A DNA stretch of 64,000 nucleotides from Planctomycetota bacterium (lineage in GTDB: Bacteria > Planctomycetota > GCA-002687715 > CAIWVZ01), in assembly GCA_017853435.1 (NCBI GenBank), contig JAFMJN010000001.1, positions 2,603 through 66,602 on the forward strand. The letters are read 5' to 3'. Numbering within the stretch: position 1 is the stretch's first letter; the number at the start of each line of letters is the position of its first letter. Both the position numbers and the translations under genes were made by a program. Below, piece after piece: positions 1 through 9,922 of this stretch. The notes beneath the pieces are model-generated. The model saw only the letters and a program-made list of their open reading frames with translations. It ran no database searches and was not told the DNA's origin.

Positions 1-322
1 TCCGCACATCCCCGCATCGCGGCCCGCGGCCGCGGCGTTGTCGACTCCCGTCGACGCGCTCCTCGCCCGCGTTCCCCCGGACGGCGTCGTCCGCATCGCG
101 CCCATGTCGACGAAAGGCGAAGCCCGCGAAATGGCGGCGCGCGCCGCGCGGCTTCTGCGCCCGAGGCGCGTCGTATGGATCGACCCCGACGGTCCCATCG
201 ACGTGCTCGCGACGCCCGGCTGGACGCTGGCCTTCGGTCCGACGCCGGATCCGATGCCCGCGGGAACCGTACTCCTCGCCTCGGCGCCGGGCGTCTTCGC
301 CGTGGAGGTCCTTCCGCGATGA
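1..322 (+). CDS. 3' part of a hypothetical protein CDS. The frame is open from the window edge and the gene starts upstream of the window.
   Basis: The frame at positions 2,5,8... has no stop back to position 1. The stop TGA at 320-322 overlaps the ATG at 319-321 of the next gene (ATGA coupling). No recognisable domain. Confidence 0.35.
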   Translation, partial: PHIPASRPAAAALSTPVDALLARVPPDGVVRIAPMSTKGEAREMAARAARLLRPRRVVWIDPDGPIDVLATPGWTLAFGPTPDPMPAGTVLLASAPGVFAVEVLPR

Positions 323-1653
323 GCGCCGTCGTCGCGGTCCTCCTGCTCGCCGTGTCCGCATGGCCTCTCGGTCGACGCCTCGCCGCGGCACTCCCGCCGG
401 CCGCATCGCCCGCATGCCGCATCGCCACGGAAATCCTCGCGGGCTTGATCGTCCATGCGGGACTCGTCCACGTGCTCGTTTGCATCGGCGTCCCGCTGAA
501 GGGCGCGTTCGGCTTCGTCGGCGCCGTCGGCGTCGGCGCCGCGGTGATCGGTCCGACTCCCGCGGCTCGTGGGTCGTCGCCCCTTCCACGCATGTTCGGC
601 CCGCTCGTCGCTCTCGTGATCGTCGTGACGGCGTCGGCGCCGCTCGTCGAAGGTTTGAATCGCGCCCCCCGGCGCAACGACGCCGAATTCATCTGGCTGC
701 CGAAAGCCGAGCGTCTTTTCGACGAAATCCCGCCGATTCCTTGGTCGGCGCCGGAACACGCGCACGCCGAATACCCACGGGGGTGGCCCGCGCTCGTCGC
801 GGCGGCGGGTGCTTTCGATCAACCCGTGCCCGACGAAGCGCCGAACGTCGTCGGCGTCCTGTTCATGGTGCTCGTGCTTCTTTCGATCGTCGATGCGGCG
901 GCCTCGCGCGGACGACCGTGGGCCGGACTCGCGGCGGCGGCGGTCCTCGGACTGAATCCCGAATGGTCGGCGCTCGCGTGCTCGGGACTCGCCGATCTTC
1001 CGCTCTCGGCGGCGTTGCTTTTGGTCGTCATGGCGACTCCGCGTGAAGACGACGGCGCCCCGCTCCTCGCCGTCGCGGCCGCCTTCGGAGCCGCCTGCCT
1101 GAAGGACGAAGGATGGGTGCTGCTCGTCGCCGTCGGCGTCGCCGATTCCCTTCGCGCCGTCCGAACGCGATCGACGCGTCCGTTGGTCGCGTCCGCGATC
1201 GCGTGGGCGCTGCTCGTTCCGTGGCTCGTCCTTCGCGCACCGGTCGGCTCGCGCACGACGCTGCTCGTTCCGTGGCTTCCCGAAAACGCCGGATGGTTTT
1301 TCCGTCGTATCGCGGAAACGGCGAAGGAACTTCTGCAGATGGGATTCGGCGACGGGACGACCTATCCCGAGTTCCCGGGCGTCGCCGCGGGATCCATCGT
1401 CGTATTCACCGCCGTCGTCGTGGCCTCGGGTGCGGCGCTCGTGTGCGGCGGTCCCTTCAAACTTCGTACGCCCGCGATCCTCGGCCTCGCCGCGTTCGCC
1501 GTGTGGTGCGTCACGCCCGATCCGCTGCGGTGGCACGTCTGGACGTCGGCGGATCGCATCGCGTGCCAACTCGCGCCCGCGGTGCTGCTCGCGGGCTTCA
1601 CCGCCCTGTGGCCGCCCCGTCAGGGTGCGGTCGGCGGTAATCCGGCCAACTGA
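319..1653 (+). CDS. Polytopic integral membrane protein, about 12 hydrophobic segments. Possibly a membrane glycosyltransferase-like protein, but the family is unassigned.
   Basis: ATG at 319 is translationally coupled to the upstream ORF. The 444-aa product is dominated by Leu/Ala/Val-rich predicted TM helices (MSAVVAVLLLAVSAW..., VLFMVLVLLSIV..., WALLVPWLVL...). Confidence 0.5.
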   Translation: MSAVVAVLLLAVSAWPLGRRLAAALPPAASPACRIATEILAGLIVHAGLVHVLVCIGVPLKGAFGFVGAVGVGAAVIGPTPAARGSSPLPRMFGPLVALVIVVTASAPLVEGLNRAPRRNDAEFIWLPKAERLFDEIPPIPWSAPEHAHAEYPRGWPALVAAAGAFDQPVPDEAPNVVGVLFMVLVLLSIVDAAASRGRPWAGLAAAAVLGLNPEWSALACSGLADLPLSAALLLVVMATPREDDGAPLLAVAAAFGAACLKDEGWVLLVAVGVADSLRAVRTRSTRPLVASAIAWALLVPWLVLRAPVGSRTTLLVPWLPENAGWFFRRIAETAKELLQMGFGDGTTYPEFPGVAAGSIVVFTAVVVASGAALVCGGPFKLRTPAILGLAAFAVWCVTPDPLRWHVWTSADRIACQLAPAVLLAGFTALWPPRQGAVGGNPAN

Positions 1654-2879
1654 CGACGCAGAAGGTCGACGGCGCGCCCGGCGGCCAATCCGCGAATCTG
1701 CTCGCGACCGCCGCCGAAGCGGAACGTCACGGCGACCGTCGCGGAGGCGTCGGCCACCGCGATCCACACCGTTCCTTCCGGCACACCGCGATCGGCCCCG
1801 GGGCCCGCGACGCCGGTCGTCGCCAATCCGTGCGTCGTACCGAATCGACGACGGACGCCTTCGGCCATCGCCCGCACCACGGCTTCGCTGACCGCCCCGT
1901 GCGCCGCGAGCACCGACGCCGGAACGTCGAGCTCGCGCTCCTTGACCGCGTCCGCGTACGCGACGACGCCACCTCGGAAGTACGCCGAGGCTCCCGGCAC
2001 GTCGACGAGAAGCGACGCGACGAGCCCCGCGGTCAACGACTCGGCGACCGCGATCGTCGCACCGGCCGCCACGGCCGCCGCGGCGACGGCTTCGGCGGGC
2101 AACGCCCGACCGGGGGCGAGCGAGGACGCGGAGAATCGCCGACGAATCTCGGCGACGTCTCCCTCGACGCGTCGCCGGGCCTCGTCGTCCTCGGACGCCG
2201 TCGACGTCACGACGAGCGTGACGTTTCCGAGCCTCGGATACGAACCGATCGACGGATCGCGGTCCCGCACCATCAGGTCGGCCAACGCCTCGCCGATTTC
2301 GGCCTCCGGAATGCCGCACAACGTCACCGAATCCGTTCGGGGCGCGCGCGCACGCCCGGGCCACGCGTCGATCCGCGGAAGCAGATGACGTTCGATCAGC
2401 GTTCGGAACTCGATCGGCACTCCCGCGACGGCCAGCACCAAAGTTCCGTCGTGTTCGCGCAGGATCGCGGGGGCGGTGCCGACCGGGTTCTCGAGCGCCA
2501 CGCATCCCTCGGGAAGATCGGCCTGACGCAACGTGGATTCGGTCACCGGCCGTCCGCGGGCCCGCGTTCGTGCGGCCAATGCGTCCGCGAGAACCGCGTC
2601 GCGGCGGATCGACACACCGAACGCGTCCGCCAATCCGTCGCGGGTGAGATCGTCGAGCGTCGGCCCCAAGCCTCCTCCGACGACGACGATCGGGGCGCGA
2701 CGCAAGGCGTCGCGAACGGCTTCGGCGATCGCTCCCCGTTCGTCGGGGACGGTGACGCGTCGAACCAGCGGCACGCCGCGCGCACGCAGGACGGACGCGA
2801 TCCAATGGGCGTTGGTGTCGAGAACGCGGCCCGCGAGGAGTTCGTCGCCGACGGAAACGACGACCGCGGCCGGGGTCAC
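1620..2879 (-). CDS. cinA: CinA family competence/damage-inducible protein. N-terminal MoCF-binding domain plus C-terminal PncC-type NMN amidohydrolase domain.
   Basis: VVVSVGDELLAGRVLDTNAHWIA...VVGGGLGPTLDDLTRD matches the MoCF-binding fold. The C-terminal half (IAVAESLTAGLVASLL...GGVVAYADAVKERELDV...) matches the CinA C-terminal domain. GTG start at 2879 overlaps the tatC stop (GTGA). Confidence 0.8.
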   Translation of the reverse strand: MTPAAVVVSVGDELLAGRVLDTNAHWIASVLRARGVPLVRRVTVPDERGAIAEAVRDALRRAPIVVVGGGLGPTLDDLTRDGLADAFGVSIRRDAVLADALAARTRARGRPVTESTLRQADLPEGCVALENPVGTAPAILREHDGTLVLAVAGVPIEFRTLIERHLLPRIDAWPGRARAPRTDSVTLCGIPEAEIGEALADLMVRDRDPSIGSYPRLGNVTLVVTSTASEDDEARRRVEGDVAEIRRRFSASSLAPGRALPAEAVAAAAVAAGATIAVAESLTAGLVASLLVDVPGASAYFRGGVVAYADAVKERELDVPASVLAAHGAVSEAVVRAMAEGVRRRFGTTHGLATTGVAGPGADRGVPEGTVWIAVADASATVAVTFRFGGGREQIRGLAAGRAVDLLRRQLAGLPPTAP

Positions 2880-4261
2880 CGGAGCCGATTCCCCGCGACC
2901 TCGGAGCCGCGCGACGCGAGAATGCCGTCGAGTCTCGCGACCGCGGCCGCGCGCATCGCGTCGGTGAGTTCCGCGTCGGCCGCGGCGGGAACCGACGCCC
3001 CCGACGGATCGACGGCATCGAGCACCGCGACCGCGGTGTCGAAGGACTCGCGTGCGCCGACCTCGAGCGCGTTGCGGAGTTTCGGAAGGACGTCGGACAA
3101 CGTGAGGTCGGCAACCACTTCGGCCCGCCACACCACGGCTCCCGCCTGCACGCGAACGGCACGCCACGTGGTTCCGTCGGCGCGACGATTCACTACGACG
3201 GGCGAATCTTCGGTCAGTTTGAACCGAACGACCGCGAGGCGTCCGCCCCCGACGACGACGAAGTCTCGTCCCGCCGTCCCCTCGCTCAAGCGGAACGCGT
3301 GGGTCGGCACGACTCCGAGAACATCTCCCCCGACCTCGGGCCAAGGGACCACCGCCTTCGCGACGGTTTCCACCTTGCCGTCGGCGTCCACTTTGCGCCA
3401 CGATTTCATGAGCGGCTCGCGCATGACCCAAAGCAGCAACGCGATGGCCACCGGAATCCTGAGATTGCGCGCGACGTCGGCGGGCTTGAAACTCGGAAGT
3501 CCTTTCCCCGTCGCGATGGCGGAGAGGATGATCCCCACTTCGTAAAGGAAGCAGAGCGGAATCGCGACGAGCGACTGGGTGATCGGATCGGGAGGGGTGA
3601 GGATGCCCGCGACGATGAAAATGACGAGGATGGTCACGCGCCTGTAGGAGCGGTACCCGTCCGGGTCCACGAACCCGACTTTGGCGATGCCGATCATCAA
3701 CAACGGCAAGAGGAACGTGACGCCGAGCAACAACGTCAGCGTCGCGAAGAGGCTGAGATACTCGTCGAGACTGACCCAACTTTGCGCGATGTCGGCCGGG
3801 GCGAACCCGACCATGTAGCGGAGCGCGATGGGCAGGAGCAGCTTGTAGCCGAAGACCACTCCGGAGACGAAAAGCGCGACCGAGAACGGGACGATCTTCC
3901 GCACCCACCCCTTTTCACGGTCGTACAAACCCGCGGAGATGAATCCCCAGATCTGCGCGACCCAATAAGGCGCGGCGAAGATCAAACTCACGAAAAGGCT
4001 GACCTTGAACCACGTCACGAACGGCTGCGTGGGCGACGCGTACTTCAACGTCGGATCCAAACCGAGGTCGCGCATGGCGTCCTGGTAGGGGGCGACGACG
4101 ATCCGCATGCAATCGTCGGCGTACGTGGTCGCCAACGCGAACATGACCCCCGTGACGATGGCCGACCGCCACACGCGGCGACGGAGTTCTTCGAGATGAT
4201 CGAAGAAACTCATCCGCGTGGTCTCGACGGGATCTTGGACGGGTTCGGTCATGGGGATCAA
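2876..4261 (-). CDS. tatC: Twin-arginine translocase subunit TatC with an unusual C-terminal soluble extension of about 200 aa.
   Basis: N-terminal SFFDHLEELRRRVWRS followed by six hydrophobic helices typical of TatC (about 250 aa). About 200 further residues follow the last TM segment (EPLMKSWRKVDADGKVETVAK...), beta/Gly/Val-rich, with no recognisable domain. Confidence 0.75.
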   Translation of the reverse strand: MIPMTEPVQDPVETTRMSFFDHLEELRRRVWRSAIVTGVMFALATTYADDCMRIVVAPYQDAMRDLGLDPTLKYASPTQPFVTWFKVSLFVSLIFAAPYWVAQIWGFISAGLYDREKGWVRKIVPFSVALFVSGVVFGYKLLLPIALRYMVGFAPADIAQSWVSLDEYLSLFATLTLLLGVTFLLPLLMIGIAKVGFVDPDGYRSYRRVTILVIFIVAGILTPPDPITQSLVAIPLCFLYEVGIILSAIATGKGLPSFKPADVARNLRIPVAIALLLWVMREPLMKSWRKVDADGKVETVAKAVVPWPEVGGDVLGVVPTHAFRLSEGTAGRDFVVVGGGRLAVVRFKLTEDSPVVVNRRADGTTWRAVRVQAGAVVWRAEVVADLTLSDVLPKLRNALEVGARESFDTAVAVLDAVDPSGASVPAAADAELTDAMRAAAVARLDGILASRGSEVAGNRLR

Positions 4262-4347
4262 CGGGGGTTTTAGCAGGACGCTCCCCGTGAAAACAACGCA
4301 GGCCCCCGCACCCTTCGGGAGCGGAGGCCTGCGTCGAGAAGCCTATC

Positions 4348-5613
4348 TCAGAACTGGAGGAAAGGCTCGAGGTCGCGCGCGCGGAGGACCGGGATGGACC
4401 AGCCTTGCGCCTTCTTGTAATCCTCGGACTCGGTCGGATCGGCCTCTTCGCCGTCCTTGATGCCGACGATCACAAAGTCGGTTTCCACCGTGACCTTGGA
4501 TTCGACCTTCACGCCGTGGGATTCCAAAATCTTGGTCGCCATTTCGCGGTTGTAGCGGCCCGGGAGTTCACCGAGCACGACGAACCGGAGGGTCTTCGAC
4601 TTGTCGAAGATCGGCGAAAGGATCATGTCGCCCTCGCCCACCATCTCGCCCGAAGCCTCGGACTCGATGACGCATTCGGCGCGCTCGGCACCGACGGAGA
4701 CGACCACCACGCGGCCCGTGAAGACCTTCGTGTTGCCGCGGCGGATCTGGTAGGTGCGGAAGGCCGCACCGCGCCACACCTTGTCCTTCGAACCGATGTC
4801 GATGAAGCAGGTCTTCATCGCGCGGTTGACCGCGAGAACCTTGCCGTCCGGCGTCTCGGATTCCTTCGAGACCTGGACCTGGTTCTTGATCGCGGCGACC
4901 TGCGCATCCATGGTCTTCATGGCGCTGCGGGCGGCGACGACTTCCTTGTTGGATTCGTCCTTCGTCTTGGCGGCCTCGTCCGTCAACTTGCGGTTTTGGG
5001 ACTGGGCGTCGTCGCGCTCCTGCGTGAGCTGCGCGATTTGGCCCTGAAGGCGCGCCTGCGCGTTGTCCGATTCCTGCTTGAGTTGGTCGAGGTCGGTGGC
5101 ACGGCGCTTGTCGGCTTCCGTGAGCGCATCCGACTTGCCCTTCACTTCCGCTTCGAGCGTCTTGACCTGCGTCTGCAGGGCGGCGACTTCGCCGGACGCC
5201 GTCTTGTAGCGGTTGACGAGGACTTGGAGACCTTCGACGAGAGTCATGGTGCTCGCCGACTCGTCGCCGACCGCCTTGTAGGCGTCCTTCAGCGCGTTCT
5301 TCGCGAGCGTCGTGTACTTGCCGATGTACTTGTCTTCACCGGCGTCCGGGAGCGGATCGGCGACGGTTTCGAGAGCGGGCGGGCTGACCGGCACGCCTCC
5401 GCCGACGACCTTCGAGATGCGGTCGAAGCAGGCGGCGTTCCATTCGCCTTCGAGACGCGACTTCTTCAACTCGCTCGAGGCCTTCTTGGCGTCGGCGAGA
5501 GCCTTGTCGCGCTGAGCGGTGGCGTTCCAAGCGAAGGCCGTCACACCCAATGCGACCAAAAGGACGGCGATGAGCCATGCGATGTGCACGGCGCCGCGTT
5601 CCGAATGAGACAT
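4348..5613 (-). CDS. Membrane-anchored coiled-coil protein with a C-terminal BRCT domain.
   Basis: ATG at 5613 (MSHSERGAVHIAWLIAVLLVALGVTAFAW is a single TM). A long Ala/Lys/Glu/Gln-rich coiled-coil region follows. The C-terminus (KTLRFVVLGELPGRYNREMATKILESHGVKVESKVTVETDFVIVG...KKAQGWSIPVLRARDLEPFL) aligns closely with the LigA-type BRCT domain. Confidence 0.6.
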   Translation of the reverse strand: MSHSERGAVHIAWLIAVLLVALGVTAFAWNATAQRDKALADAKKASSELKKSRLEGEWNAACFDRISKVVGGGVPVSPPALETVADPLPDAGEDKYIGKYTTLAKNALKDAYKAVGDESASTMTLVEGLQVLVNRYKTASGEVAALQTQVKTLEAEVKGKSDALTEADKRRATDLDQLKQESDNAQARLQGQIAQLTQERDDAQSQNRKLTDEAAKTKDESNKEVVAARSAMKTMDAQVAAIKNQVQVSKESETPDGKVLAVNRAMKTCFIDIGSKDKVWRGAAFRTYQIRRGNTKVFTGRVVVVSVGAERAECVIESEASGEMVGEGDMILSPIFDKSKTLRFVVLGELPGRYNREMATKILESHGVKVESKVTVETDFVIVGIKDGEEADPTESEDYKKAQGWSIPVLRARDLEPFLQF

Positions 5614-5803
5614 CCGATTCCTCCGCCCCGAAGGGCGTGTTCCTGACACTGACCGGCCAAGGTTGTCGCTCGCAACTTGGCGGCCGGATTCAACGATGCG
5701 ATCCGAGCGAAGCGGGGCGGATTCTACGGACACGTTCGAAGTCCCGTCAAGCCAAGGGGCAGGGTTCGTGGATTCCGGGGGCCTCGGGGGGTACCCTCTC
5801 GGC

Positions 5804-6418
5804 ATGTCAGCCCCTCCCGTGATCGGCCTCTGCGGGGGCATCGGAGCCGGAAAATCGACGGTTGCTCGGGGTTTTGAGGCCCTCGGCGCCCGGGTGCTCG
5901 ATGCCGACCGGATCGCCCACGAGGTCCTCGACCTCCCCGAGGCCCGGGAGACCCTGTCCCGGAAATTCGGGACGGAAATTCTGACCGCGGACGGCAAAGT
6001 CGACCGGGCGGTCCTCAAGACCCGGGTTTTCGGGGACGCTCCGGACCGGGTGGCCGACCGCCGTTTCCTCGAGTCGGTGGTGCACCCGCAGGTGCGCGAT
6101 CGGATCGTCGCCGCGGTCGCCGACGCGCTGGCGGCTGCGGTCCCGCCTCCGGCGATCGTCCTCGACGTCCCGCTGTTGCTCGAAGGTCCGCTCGATGCGC
6201 TCTGCACACGGCGCGTGTTCATCGACGTCCCCGACCCGCAGCGGTTCCGTCGCACCGCGCGGACGCGCGGTTGGACCGAAGCCGAACACCGTGCGCGTGA
6301 AGCCGCCCAGATGCCGCTCGACGCGAAGCGCGCCCGCTGCGACGCCGTGATCACGAACGTCGAAGATCCGACCGCGCTCGCTGCACGCTGCCGCGAGCTC
6401 CTCGCCGACTTTTCCTAA
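5804..6418 (+). CDS. coaE: Dephospho-CoA kinase.
   Basis: GLCGGIGAGKSTV P-loop, DADRIAHEVL and VVHPQVRD motifs. ATG at 5804. The ORF-track start at 5663 is probably an upstream in-frame extension. Confidence 0.85.
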   Translation: MSAPPVIGLCGGIGAGKSTVARGFEALGARVLDADRIAHEVLDLPEARETLSRKFGTEILTADGKVDRAVLKTRVFGDAPDRVADRRFLESVVHPQVRDRIVAAVADALAAAVPPPAIVLDVPLLLEGPLDALCTRRVFIDVPDPQRFRRTARTRGWTEAEHRAREAAQMPLDAKRARCDAVITNVEDPTALAARCRELLADFS

Positions 6419-9400
6419 CGCGACTCGGGAGCCTTCGGCTCGTCCTGCAGGTTGTCGCTCGGCACGACGACGCCGACGCCCAAAAGGTCCGCACGACCGT
6501 TCGCCCAGCGTTCGAACGCATCGCGGTGCGCGGCGACGTCTTCGGCCGACGGTTCGGGAGCGAACGCGTCGAGCGGGAGCCCGGTGATCCGCCGCAGAAG
6601 AACGTCGGCACCGTCGCGCAGCCCGGGATTCGGCGCGCCGATCGCACGGATGAGCGTCGCCACTCCCTTGCGGTCGATGCGCCCCGTCGCGAGGAACGTC
6701 TCGCACGACGCGGTATCGAGTTGCGCGGCGCGCAGCGCGATCCGCAACCACTCGGCGCGGTCGCGGTCGCCGTGATCCGCCACCCAACGCTCATATTCGG
6801 CGAATCGCGAAGCCGGAGCCTTGGCGACCGACCCGAAGTAGGTGAGTCGACGGAATGCGGTTTCCGCCGCGGGGTCTCCGGCGGGGTTGCGGAGGAACTC
6901 GAGAAGCGGCGCGAGCGCTTCTTTCGCGCCCGCACGTCCGAGGGTCAACGCCACGGCACGCGCGAGTTCCTTGTCGTCTCCCGAAAGGGCCGGAACGAGC
7001 GCCCCGGCCGCGGCGGGTCCGAGAAGGTCGCCGAGCACGACCGCCGCCTGCAACTTGACGCTCTTGTCCTTCGACTTCGCGAACAGAGTCGCCGTCTCGT
7101 CGGCGGACGCACGCGTCCGCATACGCCCGAGCGTCGCGACGGCTTCCGCCGCCAAAGCGGCATCGGTCGATTCGCGTGCGAGAGTTCCCAACGCGATCGC
7201 CGCGCGCCGACCGCGCGCGGCCTGCAGCCCTCTCAGCACGGCGAAGCGATCGGGCACCGATCCCTCGCGGTAGATCTCGACGAGTTTCGGAACGGACGCG
7301 TCGCCGCCGGTGCCCCCGAGGGCTTCGATCGCACGCGCACGGAGGCCGCGGTCGCCGGAGGCGAGCACGGTTTCGAGGAGCGCCGGCGTACGAGGATCGT
7401 TCAGCTGCGCCAACGCGCGGATGCAGGTTTCGCGCACACGAGGTTCGTAGTCGCGCAATCCGTCGATCAACGCGTCGGCGGCCGCCGGATCTCCGCGGCG
7501 GCGCCCGAGTTCTTCCGCGGCGACGGATCGCAATCCCGCCGAACCGCTCCGCAACGCGGCGACGGCGGCGGTCGTCGGTGCCGGTGCGAGGTAGCGCTTC
7601 AACGCCTCCTCCGCGCGGAACCCGGGATATTTCGTCAGCGTGTCGAAGACCGCATCCCGAACCTTCACGTCGTTCGAGACGGCGAGCGCTTCGACCAAAA
7701 GTCGGGCTTCTTCCGTCATCCCCGCTTCCGCACGGAGGAACGCCGCGAGTCGCGAGGCCTGCGCCAATCGCCACTCGGTGGGCGCCGACGCCATCACCTC
7801 CGCCGCGGCGGTACGCGCTTCCTTGGCGAATCCGGCGAAACCGCCGACGGCGCTGTCGAGCAGTCGGGCTTCGCGGGCTGCGGGGTCGAGCCCCGCACGA
7901 ACCTTCATTTCGGCGTCGAGCCACGCGCGACGCGCCGTCGGATCCGTCGGCGCGAAACGCTGCCACGAGAGATCGCGCTGAAGCCGCAGCACGCGTTCGA
8001 CGAGATCCTTCACGCGTCCCTGCGGCGGTCCGACGCCGCGACGCAGAGCGGTGTCCCCGCCGCGACGGATCAGCACTTCCCAACCCTCACCGGGCGGCGC
8101 GTCTCCCCGCGCGGGCGGCGCGTCGAGCAATCCCGACGCCGCGATTTCGGCCGCGAGATCGGTGCAGGCTTCCATGCCGATCCAAAGCGGCGCACCCGGG
8201 CGCGGACGTTCCGCTTCCGCGAGGTCTCCGGTCAGGAACGCGGCGCGCGTGCGACCGAGATCGTCGCTCAGTCGCACCATCAGCGAACTCGTCGCCAACT
8301 CTTCGGCGGACAATCCGACGATGCGGCGTCGCGCTTTGAACGTATCGCGCACACGCGGCCACCACGCCTTCCACTTCGGAGCGTTCGGACCGAACGCTTC
8401 GCCCGTGAGAAGTTCGAGGCGCCGGAAGACCGGCCCTTCGACCGCGACGTAGTCGTTGAAGAAGACACCGCCCGCCACGGCGTCGAGCAGAATCGGCACG
8501 AGGTAGCGGTCGGCGATGTCACGCAACGCGGCGTCGCGCGCGCGGTAGGCGACCGTCGCGAGAAGCACCGCGGCGGATGCGCGATGGAACGGGTCGTCGC
8601 CTTGAAGGAACTTCATCGCGCGTCCCCGCAGAGCGGCGTCGTCCTCGGGGATCTTCCATCCGCGACCGGACTCTTCGATGCCCGCGAGCGTCAACATCGC
8701 GTACGCCGCGGAACGCATCACGCCTTCGCGGGCGGAGCCGAGCAGGCGTTCGGTGCCCTTCGGAGACGCGTGGAGAGCGAGATGCCGCGACGCGGCGTCC
8801 GCAACGCCGACTTCCGGGTCGAGGAACGCTTCGAACCACGCGTCGAGATCTTCGACGCCGGGAATGCGCCCGAGCAACGTGAAACCCGTCACGCGAATCG
8901 GTGCCTTCACGGACGCGCACATCGCCAGGACTTCCGCCGTGTAGCGGGCGTCGAGGGTTTCGGGCATCGCCTTCATCGCCGCTTCGCGCACGCCGCCCGC
9001 GGACGACGTCACGAAGGGCAAGACCTCGGCGGGTCCCATGAGAGGGTCGATCCGAACGAGCGCTTCCATGAGCCACGGAAGCCCGGCACGGTTCGTGGGT
9101 TCGCGGACGGCGCGCACGAGGGCCGGCGCGGCCTTCGCCCACTTCATTTCCGCGAGAGCGTGGGCCGCCCCCGCCTGCACGCGCCAGTCGTTCGATCCGA
9201 GGGCTTCGACGAGACGATCGGCGACCTTGTCGCCGAGCCCCGACAACGCGTCCGCCGCGTCGCGACCCGTCTTCTGCGGAAAGCGATCGAGCCGGGCGAA
9301 AAGTGCGTCGACGGGGTCGATCGGATCCTGCGGCGTCGTGGCGTCGGCGGGGGCCGGGGCCGACTCCGGGCCCCGTTTCGGAGCCGGGGCCACCGCCGGG

Positions 9401-9537
9401 GGCGGAGTTTCCTCCGGGGGTGAAAACACCGGACGCGGCCTCGGCTTCGGGTTGCGCGGCGGCGTTTCCTGAGCGACGAGGCCCGCCGCGACGAGGAGGA
9501 CGACGGCGAAGAACGGAACGACGTGGCGGTGGGTCAT
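6415..9537 (-). CDS. Secreted HEAT/PBS-lyase-like repeat protein (1040 aa) with an N-terminal signal peptide and a Pro-rich linker.
   Basis: The start at 9537 gives the signal peptide MTHRHVVPFFAVVLLVAAGLVAQE. Then come a Pro-rich segment and many repeated 'A..ALG..G...A...L..LL.D.D..VR..A..AL' HEAT-like units. The stop overlaps the coaE stop (convergent). Confidence 0.6.
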   Translation of the reverse strand: MTHRHVVPFFAVVLLVAAGLVAQETPPRNPKPRPRPVFSPPEETPPPAVAPAPKRGPESAPAPADATTPQDPIDPVDALFARLDRFPQKTGRDAADALSGLGDKVADRLVEALGSNDWRVQAGAAHALAEMKWAKAAPALVRAVREPTNRAGLPWLMEALVRIDPLMGPAEVLPFVTSSAGGVREAAMKAMPETLDARYTAEVLAMCASVKAPIRVTGFTLLGRIPGVEDLDAWFEAFLDPEVGVADAASRHLALHASPKGTERLLGSAREGVMRSAAYAMLTLAGIEESGRGWKIPEDDAALRGRAMKFLQGDDPFHRASAAVLLATVAYRARDAALRDIADRYLVPILLDAVAGGVFFNDYVAVEGPVFRRLELLTGEAFGPNAPKWKAWWPRVRDTFKARRRIVGLSAEELATSSLMVRLSDDLGRTRAAFLTGDLAEAERPRPGAPLWIGMEACTDLAAEIAASGLLDAPPARGDAPPGEGWEVLIRRGGDTALRRGVGPPQGRVKDLVERVLRLQRDLSWQRFAPTDPTARRAWLDAEMKVRAGLDPAAREARLLDSAVGGFAGFAKEARTAAAEVMASAPTEWRLAQASRLAAFLRAEAGMTEEARLLVEALAVSNDVKVRDAVFDTLTKYPGFRAEEALKRYLAPAPTTAAVAALRSGSAGLRSVAAEELGRRRGDPAAADALIDGLRDYEPRVRETCIRALAQLNDPRTPALLETVLASGDRGLRARAIEALGGTGGDASVPKLVEIYREGSVPDRFAVLRGLQAARGRRAAIALGTLARESTDAALAAEAVATLGRMRTRASADETATLFAKSKDKSVKLQAAVVLGDLLGPAAAGALVPALSGDDKELARAVALTLGRAGAKEALAPLLEFLRNPAGDPAAETAFRRLTYFGSVAKAPASRFAEYERWVADHGDRDRAEWLRIALRAAQLDTASCETFLATGRIDRKGVATLIRAIGAPNPGLRDGADVLLRRITGLPLDAFAPEPSAEDVAAHRDAFERWANGRADLLGVGVVVPSDNLQDEPKAPESR

Positions 9538-9922
9538 GGAAGTCCGAAACCGAAGGGTCCCCCATCGTGTCAGGACGGTCCCTCCGCCGCAACGCCTCCC
9601 CGACCCGCCCGAACCATTCGTTTTCGCGCCGAGTCCCCGAAAAAAGACGTCGGGCCACCGGCGAACCGATGGCCCGACACGGACCTCCACCATTGTGCCG
9701 TCTGGCGGAGGGCGCTCAGGCCCTCGTAAGGAAGTGGGGACGCCCGCACGGCTCCGTCTCGTGCAACCCGAGGGATGCGGTGACGTCGTCGAACGGGTCC
9801 GCCCCCCGCACAACGTTCATTGGGGCGAGCGCAGCTGACCAAAGGCGGGCACGGGAGAAGTCCGAGTCACGTTGCCACGCCGGGGGGCCTGCGGCAAGGC
9901 GACGCCGCGCGAACACGATGCT

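Noticed and set aside
175-1653. ORF-track start at 175 for the membrane protein.
   Set aside because: The first 48 codons are Arg-rich and overlap the preceding ORF. The ATG at 319 gives an ATGA-coupled start and a hydrophobic N-terminus.
1620-3908. 762-aa ORF-track model extending cinA to 3908.
   Set aside because: Only the last 419 aa are CinA-like. The upstream part is Arg-rich read-through antisense to tatC. GTG at 2879 couples to the tatC stop.
6526-9423. 965-aa plus-strand ORF and several 300-400-aa ORFs (6791-8083, 7176-8339, 8519-9658) overlapping the HEAT-repeat gene.
   Set aside because: Arg/Pro-rich nonsense translations with no domain signal. The minus-strand HEAT-repeat frame has a signal peptide and a coherent repeat structure.
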